Source: Bdellovibrionota bacterium (GTDB lineage: Bacteria > Bdellovibrionota_C > UBA2361 > JBIKWN01). Taken from it: DNA of 10,179 nucleotides. A program made the translations under genes and the position numbers. This document shows positions 1 to 7,460 of this stretch, piece by piece. The stretch spans positions 1 through 10,179 of the forward strand of contig JBIKWN010000078.1 in assembly GCA_044356295.1 (NCBI GenBank). Reading direction: 5' to 3'. Within the stretch, counting starts at the first letter, position 1, and each line of letters begins with the position of its first letter. A model generated the notes under the pieces. That model saw nothing but the letters and a program-made list of their open reading frames with translations, searched no databases and was not told the DNA's origin.

Positions 1-1869
1 TCCATTTTTTAAAGATGCAGTGAGTACGACTCTTGAACGATCAGTATTAGTCTTTACTAAAAATCCTAAATCAGTAAAAAGAATAATTCGATTTACATCA
101 GGGAAATAACCGCCATTATGTTCATAATCGCTGGATAATTTTAAAAGGAATAAACCTTGGGGAATATTATTTGCTTTAATATAATTAGAAAAATCGAATG
201 TAGAAAAACGTGGCTTACCTTCTTCTGCAGCGGGTAATGTTACAGTCGAGCTAAATACTTCAGAGATATTTTCTGGACCAAAATTATAGTTAAACTGAGG
301 ATTCGAAAAACTTCCGTAACTTTGACTGACAAGATGGGGAATTGAATGGGGCAACATTCTGAAGAGCTCGAGCTTAACCGAGTCAACATTTCTTCCGTAA
401 AAGGTTAGTTTTTTATCACCTGAGATATTTAAAATAGATCCTTTATGAAGAAAATCAACTGCACCAGGAAATTTAGAAACAGAGTGAAGTGTATTGACTG
501 TCTTCGATAACAAAACACCTGCCGCACTTTTTGCACCGGCATTAAATCGAACATAAACACATCTATCCTTAGGAGCTTCAAAGCTAAAACTTGCATAATC
601 AACGTATGGACGATCCTCTGATATCCTTTTTAATGAAAGTTTTTTTGCTCGCTCAACGAGTACCTGCTCAGATACGAAAGCAGCGGTAGGGGCAATACAG
701 TTTCCTGTATCCTGCCTTGAACTATTCTCTACTGACTGTGTAACCGAACCTTCAGAAGATTCATCAGATGTATCATCACTATTCTCATTATAATCATCAT
801 CAGGGTATGAATCAGGAGCAGTCGTATCAATAATCGGCTCAACCGAATCACTGTCTTCTTGTATCTTCTTAGGTTTATCTAAAAGATAGGCTTCCAGATG
901 CTCGTCAATTTCGGAAGGTGCTACCAAACTAGACGTTGTTATATTAATAACTCGCCCTGCAGAATAATTTTCAGGATTATCAATACTGCGAACTTCAATA
1001 TTCTTAACTTTAAAATAATTTTCAGCACCTGGAACAACAAGAAATTGCGATAGAGACGAGTCGTTCGCATTACCGGGAAACACTGTTGTAACTCCTTTTC
1101 CTATTTCAACCGATAGCTTTCCGTCAGTAGCAGGTATGGATAAAAGGGGCGATCTAATAAATGCTACATTTCCTGTATCGCTATAGGTTACTGTTGGAGA
1201 GAGTTCTTCTTCTTTCCTTTGGCCTAAAGCACCTTCATTAGTAGACAGAGTTAATTTAATTCGTTTCTCAAATGCTGATCGATCGACAAGATGTGATAAC
1301 TGTACTGTTGCAAGCGCAGTTCGTTTGAGTGGATCGGTTGGATCTTCTTCTATCGCAAATGAGGAAACCCCAATCTGTAGCTTTGGTGTTCTCAATTCAA
1401 TCATTTTCTCTTTAAATACTGCATTTTTATCAAGCAGTTGAGGTGAAAGAGTAATTTTATACGGGACATCAACAAGCCAATCTTTTTCGGGCGTTACCAT
1501 AAGTCGATCAGCGGCTGCAACTGTAACACTACCTTGAAATGGCGGTTCAATCTGAATTTTATCAGCAATATTTTTTTCAAAATTCTCAGGTCGAAACACA
1601 GCGCGGGAAAAAGCAATAGTAGCACTTAAGGGTTTAGCATTTGGTTCAAGCGATGTCGCAGGAGCATTAGTAACTGTAATAGCAACATAGTTTGGTTGAG
1701 GAAGATTTATATACCAATAAAATCCATAACCAATGAGAAATGACAGTACTATAAGAATTGGAAGAATTACTTTAAGGAATCGAGGTGTTGTAAAGAACTG
1801 CATCCATGGTGCTGGATCGTAACGAACAGTTCCAAAAACTTTTTTGATGAATAATGTAAGCAATTTCAT
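1..1869 (-). CDS. Bacterial alpha-2-macroglobulin-family (MG-domain) protein, N-terminal 623 codons; continues past the left window edge
   Basis: ATG at 1867-1869 (MKLLTLFIKKVFGTVRYDPAPW...). The segments translated by hand share one frame down to base 1. N-terminal TM anchor VILPILIVLSFLIGYGFYWYI. A2M-like segments include PGAVDFLHKGSILNISGDKKLTFYGRNVDSVKLELFRMLPHSIPHLVSQSYGSFSNPQF and GLFLLKL...RIILFTDLGFLVKTNTDRSRVVLTASLKNG (the TDLG-x-x-VK segment around MG1/MG2). The ORF track omits it, presumably because its stop lies outside the window. Confidence 0.85.
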   Translation of the reverse strand, partial: MKLLTLFIKKVFGTVRYDPAPWMQFFTTPRFLKVILPILIVLSFLIGYGFYWYINLPQPNYVAITVTNAPATSLEPNAKPLSATIAFSRAVFRPENFEKNIADKIQIEPPFQGSVTVAAADRLMVTPEKDWLVDVPYKITLSPQLLDKNAVFKEKMIELRTPKLQIGVSSFAIEEDPTDPLKRTALATVQLSHLVDRSAFEKRIKLTLSTNEGALGQRKEEELSPTVTYSDTGNVAFIRSPLLSIPATDGKLSVEIGKGVTTVFPGNANDSSLSQFLVVPGAENYFKVKNIEVRSIDNPENYSAGRVINITTSSLVAPSEIDEHLEAYLLDKPKKIQEDSDSVEPIIDTTAPDSYPDDDYNENSDDTSDESSEGSVTQSVENSSRQDTGNCIAPTAAFVSEQVLVERAKKLSLKRISEDRPYVDYASFSFEAPKDRCVYVRFNAGAKSAAGVLLSKTVNTLHSVSKFPGAVDFLHKGSILNISGDKKLTFYGRNVDSVKLELFRMLPHSIPHLVSQSYGSFSNPQFNYNFGPENISEVFSSTVTLPAAEEGKPRFSTFDFSNYIKANNIPQGLFLLKLSSDYEHNGGYFPDVNRIILFTDLGFLVKTNTDRSRVVLTASLKNG

Positions 1870-1880
1870 AAGAGGGATAT

Positions 1881-1886
1881 ATAGTA
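1881..1886 (-). promoter_or_regulatory. Putative -10 box (TACTAT) for the alpha-2-macroglobulin gene
   Basis: Minus strand reads TACTAT-ATATCCCTCTT-ATG (11 nt spacing). No SD-like sequence precedes the ATG. Confidence 0.4.
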
Positions 1887-1983
1887 ATTTTGTCAAAAAT
1901 GCACGATTAAAACCCACATCATTTGATGGTCAATTCTATTCGGCTATTTGTTGGACTAAACACAGTGTTAGACAATAAAGAAC

Positions 1984-2024
1984 ACAACTTTATTCAACAG
2001 TTGTTTATCTGAAGAATACAGATA
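1984..2024 (-). terminator. Two adjacent weak hairpins downstream of the 885-aa gene; possible terminator
   Basis: Inverted repeats TATCTG(2006-2011)/CAGATA(2019-2024) and ACAACT(1984-1989)/AGTTGT(1999-2004). On the minus strand the second is followed by GTTCTTTATT. The stems are short and AT-rich. Confidence 0.2.
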
Positions 2025-2050
2025 CTTTTATGTCACCTTTAAACAACGAG

Positions 2051-4708
2051 TTAAGAAACTACTTGGTCGTTATTTATTGATAAGAAATACGGAGCTAAAG
2101 CTTCCTCAACATGTTTTTCTGCTACTGGAATGAGTTTATCTTCTAAAGTTTCAATAAATGGAAGGAACTTGGTTTTGTAGTATTCATGTATCTCCATCTC
2201 ACCAATTGGCTCCAGTCCAGATTCAACTAAATGTGGATTTATCCTCTCGACAATAACCCGGTGAAGCATTGGTATATAATCTCTGAAAGCACGAGCAAAA
2301 ACGAATTGCTCTTCTGCTGGCAAATACGAGAGTCCTTCCGATAATTGTGAAAATGTATACAAAAGCCTTCCAGTATAGACAAGCACCTTGAGGCGCCCTG
2401 TTCTATGGTCAAACTCATTACCTTCATGAAGAGCAACATACCTATCCAAAGTAATGATATCGTCATAACGATCTAATATCGCAACTTTCAACAAGTCACT
2501 TGCAAATTCTAAGTTATTATTTTGGTTGATGTCATCTTGTTCAAGAAGATGCTTCATGACGAGACGTTCCTGTTGAGCAACTAAAGTAAATGAAGTTGGT
2601 CCACCTTTAAAAATTCTATTACTTTGAGCTTTGCTGAGATGTTCATACCCTTCTACATCTATTAATTTTTGGAATGCCTCCCCAGAAAAAAGATTGCTGA
2701 GTTGCTCAATAATCAGTTTTAATTCATCAGTTGTTCGAACTTCTGTAAGAATTTTTGAAGCAGCATTGTAGACGTGTCCTCTTTCAGGAAAACTAATTAT
2801 GAACTCACGACTTAGTTCTTGCTGTGTTTCTATGGTACTTGAATAGAAAATCCCTTCACTTAATTTTCCATCTGTTTCCCTTTGAAGCATCGCTTCTTCA
2901 AGACCATCATGGACAACACAAAGCGCAGCCGTTCTGCTAGTAAAGTTCTCTTTAAAATAATGAATTCCTAATCCAAATAAAGTAAATCCAGAATGAACAA
3001 TTGACGCTATCTTTTTATTTAATGAGGGCTCGTAACGTTGTGGTAGTGAAAAAACTGGAATAGATTTATCATTGGTAGATGTAGATTTTAATATTCGAAA
3101 TAACACAAATTTAAAAATGTTTTGGAGCTCAACATTATCTTCTTTCTGATCTCCAAGCAGCCCTGCCCAAAGTTTTTGATGCTCTTGTTGAGGATTGGAC
3201 CTGCCAAATAATCCGCCAATAGTTGAAGCAATTGTATGCTTAGCTGCTCGATGAACTTCATTTATTGGAGGCGTTTTCATTTCAAGACTATGACGGGTCC
3301 TTCGGCGATAAAGGCAATCTGTTATTCCTTGACAGAGTCGGCTTAAGACAGTATCGGCAGCACTAACAATTGCAGTTCGTTTTGCAATAATCAAAGAAGG
3401 ATCTTCAATAACTTTTGGCTGAACCCAAGGAAAATAACCAGGACGAATACTACTTGCATCGTCATTAATCTCAATAATTTGATTTATATTTTTCTGAAAT
3501 GACCTGATTTGATCCTGATTTTCAGAAGACGGTATTGTTTCATTATTCAATGGAATGACAGGTATACCTTCACGCAAACAAGCTCTGATATCAAAAGCAG
3601 TTCCACAGATTACCCGAGCGATATCGGGATCGTTCATTTCTGAATTTATTCCAAAGACTTGATTCACAATAATTGATTCAGGATCACGAGAATAATCTAG
3701 TTTTCCAACTAATTCTTCTAGTTTCACTCGATCGTGTACACGTTTTTGCACTTCATTAAAAAGAGTTCCAAATTCACGCAGTTCTCTACTAGTAAAAAAG
3801 TTTTCTTCAATTTCAGAAACATTCAGAATCATCTCTTCGAGCAAATTAGGTGGGGGGATTTTTTTACTCTCAACTTGCTGCATCAAACTATCGAGAGTCA
3901 ACGTATCAGTTTCGATAAATATTAAACGGTCAGCTTCAGGCGATGCTGCAAGTCCAGTCGTTACGATATCATACCCTTCTCGTGCTAAGAATCCTGCAAC
4001 CCCTCTTACCGTAAATCTAAAAACTTTATTAATGATACTTGTATAAAGATACTGTGACTTTGCCCACTGCCCAAAACCTTTCTGTGTGAGAAATTCTGAA
4101 TCTCTATCAAGAATTTGTTTACCAAGAACAGCAGCTCGAAATGCATCTGTATCTAAAACAAGAACATTAGGAATCATTCGTATATGTGCTGCAGCTTTGG
4201 TTTTTCCTGAAACAGGAAACCCAACAAGACAACTAATGCTTCCTTGTCGAGATGATCCTGGTGTAGATTTTTTTTGTAACCAATCAGAGCGATGGACACA
4301 TTGGTTCATATAAACCAGTTGTTCAACGAGCTCTCCTAGGCTTTGTCCAGTTTTTAACTTCCAGAAAGTGATCGCTTCAATTAATTCTTGGGTATCAACC
4401 GCTGAAATTTCTCTTGCTTCTTTTTGATTATATACTTCAATAGATCCGATTCCACAACATGCACGGAAAAATCTCAGATCTTTTGTTATTGCTTGAATGA
4501 GCTCTTCGGTTGGAATCGAATTCATTCTTCCGTAAAGCGGCAGACCAGTTCCGACATCCTTAAAAGCAGCCAAGATTTCAGGTGTGGAACCTAAATGAAT
4601 TCTATGAAGCAAAGATCCTGGCCTCATAAAGGCATCGTCAATCAACTGACTTACGGCAATAGCTTCTAATCCATTTTCATTGGATATATCAATTGGGACT
4701 TGGTACAT
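2051..4708 (-). CDS. 885-aa hypothetical protein: P-loop nucleotide/polynucleotide kinase-like domain fused to a divergent RelA/SpoT/Mesh1-like HD hydrolase domain
   Basis: Long uninterrupted ORF. Walker A GFPVSGKT (aa 163-170, nt 4199-4222) after a hydrophobic strand, followed by VLVLDTDAFR (DxxR, aa 188-191) and LAREGYDIVTT. The C-terminal half has R558, H572, AALCVVHDGLEE (H600-D601-x-x-E604) and LDRYDDIITL (D746). The CDS is near certain; the domain calls are moderate. Confidence 0.6.
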   Translation of the reverse strand: MYQVPIDISNENGLEAIAVSQLIDDAFMRPGSLLHRIHLGSTPEILAAFKDVGTGLPLYGRMNSIPTEELIQAITKDLRFFRACCGIGSIEVYNQKEAREISAVDTQELIEAITFWKLKTGQSLGELVEQLVYMNQCVHRSDWLQKKSTPGSSRQGSISCLVGFPVSGKTKAAAHIRMIPNVLVLDTDAFRAAVLGKQILDRDSEFLTQKGFGQWAKSQYLYTSIINKVFRFTVRGVAGFLAREGYDIVTTGLAASPEADRLIFIETDTLTLDSLMQQVESKKIPPPNLLEEMILNVSEIEENFFTSRELREFGTLFNEVQKRVHDRVKLEELVGKLDYSRDPESIIVNQVFGINSEMNDPDIARVICGTAFDIRACLREGIPVIPLNNETIPSSENQDQIRSFQKNINQIIEINDDASSIRPGYFPWVQPKVIEDPSLIIAKRTAIVSAADTVLSRLCQGITDCLYRRRTRHSLEMKTPPINEVHRAAKHTIASTIGGLFGRSNPQQEHQKLWAGLLGDQKEDNVELQNIFKFVLFRILKSTSTNDKSIPVFSLPQRYEPSLNKKIASIVHSGFTLFGLGIHYFKENFTSRTAALCVVHDGLEEAMLQRETDGKLSEGIFYSSTIETQQELSREFIISFPERGHVYNAASKILTEVRTTDELKLIIEQLSNLFSGEAFQKLIDVEGYEHLSKAQSNRIFKGGPTSFTLVAQQERLVMKHLLEQDDINQNNNLEFASDLLKVAILDRYDDIITLDRYVALHEGNEFDHRTGRLKVLVYTGRLLYTFSQLSEGLSYLPAEEQFVFARAFRDYIPMLHRVIVERINPHLVESGLEPIGEMEIHEYYKTKFLPFIETLEDKLIPVAEKHVEEALAPYFLSINNDQVVS

Positions 4709-4721
4709 ACTTACGCATACA

Positions 4722-4730
4722 ATAGTACCA
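4722..4730 (-). promoter_or_regulatory. Putative extended -10 promoter (TGnTACTAT) for the 885-aa gene
   Basis: Minus strand reads TGG-TACTAT, 13 nt before the ATG at 4708. No SD motif. Confidence 0.5.
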
Positions 4731-4783
4731 ATGAATCAATTCTTAGTTAAGATTTTGATAGACCGTGAGGAATCAGGAACTCC

Positions 4784-5947
4784 TTATTTGAGCCCATTTT
4801 TGAGGTCGTCTATAAGGTCACCAACGTCTTCAATACCACACGAGAGCCGGACAAAACCATCAACAATTCCAAGCTTTTGTCTCTGTTCAACTGGGATGGT
4901 CGCATGGGTCATAATGGCAGGGTGTTCAATCAAGCTTTCAATACCACCCAAACTTTCAGCAAGAGTATAAATTTCTACTTTTTCCAAAAGATTTTTAGCA
5001 GCAGAAAGTCCACCCTTTAATACAACCGAAATCATTCCACCAAAACCTCCGTGCATCTGATCTTTAGCAATAGAATGCTGCGGATGAGACGAAAGTCCTG
5101 GATAGATAACTTTTTCAACAGCAGGATGGTCGTTTAAAAATGCAGCAATTTGTGTCGCATTTTCACAATGAGCTTTTACTCGAACTGCAAGAGTTTTTAG
5201 TCCACGATTTATTAAAAAACTATCAAATGGGCTACAGATTGAACCGACAGAGTTTTGTAAAAATGCCATACGCTCTACTAATTCATCTTTAGTATTAACG
5301 ACTGCAACGCCACCAATCACATCCGAATGTCCATTAAGATATTTTGTAGCAGAGTGAATCACAATATCAAAACCAAATTCGAATGGACGTTGCAAAATCG
5401 GAGATGCAAATGTGTTATCACACACAGTGATAATATTTTTACCTTTTACAGCATCTGATACGGCTTGTAGTGAAACAACTTTAAGCATCGGATTCGTTGG
5501 TGTCTCAACCCAGATCATCTTTGTTTCAGATGTAATTGCATTTTTTAAAGCAGCAACATCTGTCATATCAACATAGGTAACTTTTAACCCCATAGAATGC
5601 TTACGCACTTTTTCAAAAAGTCGGTATGTTCCTCCGTACAAATCATCCATAGCAACAATATGACTGCCGGCTGGAAGTAATTCTAAAACAGTTCCGACTG
5701 CGGCAAGTCCTGATGCAAAACCAAAAGCTTTTTTTCCACCTTCAAGTGCGGCAACGCAATCTTCATAGGCATAGCGTGTTGGATTGTGGCTGCGACCATA
5801 ATCATATCCCTTATGGACTCCTGGGCTATCTTGTTTGAATGTTGAAGTAGCGTAGATTGGAACAATGACTGCTCCAGTCTTTGGATCAGAGTACTGTCCA
5901 GCATGAATACCAATTGTTGAGAGTCCAAATTTTTTATCTGATTTCAT
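4784..5947 (-). CDS. metB: Cystathionine gamma-synthase/gamma-lyase family PLP-dependent enzyme (Cys/Met metabolism)
   Basis: 387 aa with family motifs GAVIVPIYATSTF, YDYGRSHNPTR, FASGLAA, DDLYGGTYRLF, WVETPTNP, DNTFASP, the PLP-lysine motif HSATKYLNGHSDV, LAESLGGIESLIEHPAIMTHA and RLSCGIED. Synthase versus lyase activity cannot be resolved from the sequence, so the symbol is a family-level label. Confidence 0.93.
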   Translation of the reverse strand: MKSDKKFGLSTIGIHAGQYSDPKTGAVIVPIYATSTFKQDSPGVHKGYDYGRSHNPTRYAYEDCVAALEGGKKAFGFASGLAAVGTVLELLPAGSHIVAMDDLYGGTYRLFEKVRKHSMGLKVTYVDMTDVAALKNAITSETKMIWVETPTNPMLKVVSLQAVSDAVKGKNIITVCDNTFASPILQRPFEFGFDIVIHSATKYLNGHSDVIGGVAVVNTKDELVERMAFLQNSVGSICSPFDSFLINRGLKTLAVRVKAHCENATQIAAFLNDHPAVEKVIYPGLSSHPQHSIAKDQMHGGFGGMISVVLKGGLSAAKNLLEKVEIYTLAESLGGIESLIEHPAIMTHATIPVEQRQKLGIVDGFVRLSCGIEDVGDLIDDLKNGLK

Positions 5948-5953
5948 TGGGGG

Positions 5954-5983
5954 ATGGTAACATAAGAATCACGATATTGTCAG
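5954..5983 (-). promoter_or_regulatory. Putative sigma70-type promoter for a leaderless transcript of the cystathionine enzyme gene
   Basis: Minus strand: CTGACA (5978-5983), 18 nt spacer ending in TGT (extended -10), TACCAT (5954-5959), then CCCCCA and ATG (6 nt). No SD. Confidence 0.55.
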
Positions 5984-5988
5984 GCACT

Positions 5989-7407
5989 TCAATCTGTCAG
6001 ATGAGCTTCGATGCTCTCTATTGATGTTTTTTGCGTATTCAGGGCTCTTGCTGCTTTCAAATATACAAAAGAAGCAAGAAGTGCTGCAACCGCAAAGCTG
6101 ATTTCTGTAAGTATTAGTTTAGTCCCTATCGTCTGAAGATTATCAGGCAATACGGAAATTCCAATCTGCAATGCAGAAGCTGTTGTTACAGGAACTGCAA
6201 GAAGCAATATCGCACGTTGCAGCGCTAAATTAGTTTGAGCTATAGCAAGATTACTGTGTTGTAATCCTACATTCACTTGCTCTACACGCGATGCTTGTTC
6301 CATTTTTTGTATTTGAGTTATGTTTTTTTGACGTTCAGTCATAAACTCGTTAAAACTCATGATAGATTGATTGAGAGTTCGTAAATCACTATCTGCTTCA
6401 ACCACTTGCGAAGTGAATAGATTATAGAGATCTTTCATATTTCTTACTGCAAGACTCTTCCACACAGCGTCTACCGTTGAATCATCTTGCAGAATCCGAA
6501 TTAACCTTCCCATAGTTTGGGCAACGGTTATTTTATGTTCATTGAGTTTACCTACTGCGATACTGAGTTCACCTTGGTGGGTAGAAAAACTGTGTCGTAT
6601 ACTCTGAAGTGTTTCCTCAGATAAATCATCAAAACTAAGACGTGAGTTAAGTTTTTCAAGACGCTCTTCTATTGCACTCGCTGTAGCATCTTGGTTTCTA
6701 AGCACCATTCCATAAAGGGTTCTTAAAACTTTGAGAGGATGCTCAAATTGGGTATCAGAAGATTGACTATCCTCTGATGATTTTTGAGCTCCTATCATTT
6801 TTACAAGCGCACTCCCGACATATTTTTCTTTTGAAAGATCAATGATGACAACGTTATGACCTCGCACTAAAACATAACATTTTTGAAGTGAAATTATATC
6901 TGATTCAACGACCTGATCATTTTGTTCTTGAGGTGGTTTCATTTTCCAATGATGAAATCTGAGGAGCTCACTTTGATCGATTGAACTTTTCTCATTAAGC
7001 TCAAATCGCAACCTTTCATTTCTCATTGACAAGCTTACGATATCAAGCAAATCAGCATCGAATGCTTTTTTACAAACGGGATCTATGAAATTGCTTATTA
7101 TCTTTGCAACAATCTCTTTGTTTGCTCTGCCATTTGGAAGGCTTCCTTCATAATCTTCAAGAAGATCGCTGATACTGGCAGCATTAATATAAGATAAACT
7201 TTTTTGGGGTTGATTTCCTGTTGAATGTTGGTCTTTATCCCACGTTAATTCGATACGTTTATCACTATATCGATATGTAATTCCAGGTTCTATAACACCC
7301 GTATCTTGAATAGGAAATAATTGCCCTAATTCACCTGGTGGTACCAGGGCAGTTGGTGGGCTTAGGGGCACTGAATCTGGGTTGAAAAGACCCATAAGAA
7401 TTGTCAA
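5989..7407 (-). CDS. Divergent CorA/ZntB-superfamily (2-TM) membrane protein lacking the canonical GMN motif
   Basis: 472 aa from TTG 7407 (alternative ATG at 7395). Large soluble N-terminal region, long amphipathic helices (AIEERLEKLNSRL; NMKDLYNLFTSQVVEADSDLRTLNQSIMSF, resembling CorA 'YFRDVYDHL') and two C-terminal hydrophobic helices. The first reads LLLAVPVTTASALQIGISVLPD, resembling CorA 'IFxPLT...YGMNF..MPE'. Confidence 0.6.
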   Translation of the reverse strand: MTILMGLFNPDSVPLSPPTALVPPGELGQLFPIQDTGVIEPGITYRYSDKRIELTWDKDQHSTGNQPQKSLSYINAASISDLLEDYEGSLPNGRANKEIVAKIISNFIDPVCKKAFDADLLDIVSLSMRNERLRFELNEKSSIDQSELLRFHHWKMKPPQEQNDQVVESDIISLQKCYVLVRGHNVVIIDLSKEKYVGSALVKMIGAQKSSEDSQSSDTQFEHPLKVLRTLYGMVLRNQDATASAIEERLEKLNSRLSFDDLSEETLQSIRHSFSTHQGELSIAVGKLNEHKITVAQTMGRLIRILQDDSTVDAVWKSLAVRNMKDLYNLFTSQVVEADSDLRTLNQSIMSFNEFMTERQKNITQIQKMEQASRVEQVNVGLQHSNLAIAQTNLALQRAILLLAVPVTTASALQIGISVLPDNLQTIGTKLILTEISFAVAALLASFVYLKAARALNTQKTSIESIEAHLTD

Positions 7408-7418
7408 TAACTATAAAA

Positions 7419-7427
7419 ATCACCTCC
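7419..7427 (-). promoter_or_regulatory. Strong Shine-Dalgarno sequence upstream of the CorA-like gene
   Basis: Minus strand GGAGGTGAT, a 9-nt complement of the canonical 16S anti-SD, 11 nt before TTG 7407. The spacing is on the long side. Confidence 0.6.
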
Positions 7428-7460
7428 AAAAATATGACAGCTTCAAACGCTAATCAACTT

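Noticed and set aside
1891..1896. Perfect TTGACA on the minus strand upstream of the A2M gene
   Set aside because: It is only 4 nt from TACTAT and has no -10 box at 16-18 nt spacing, so it does not form a coherent promoter.
2051..4708. Calling the 885-aa protein RelA/SpoT
   Set aside because: No synthetase, TGS or ACT motifs are visible, and the HD-like module is C-terminal behind a kinase domain.
4689..4718. Nine-codon out-of-frame upstream ORF (MRKYVPSPN) overlapping the start of the 885-aa gene
   Set aside because: Its ATG is 3 nt after the putative -10 box, so probably upstream of the transcription start, and it has no SD.
2239..4970. Short ORFs 2239-2466, 3734-3925, 4086-4313 and 4680-4970
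   Set aside because: They overlap longer, better supported genes in other frames or on the opposite strand and show no recognisable motifs.
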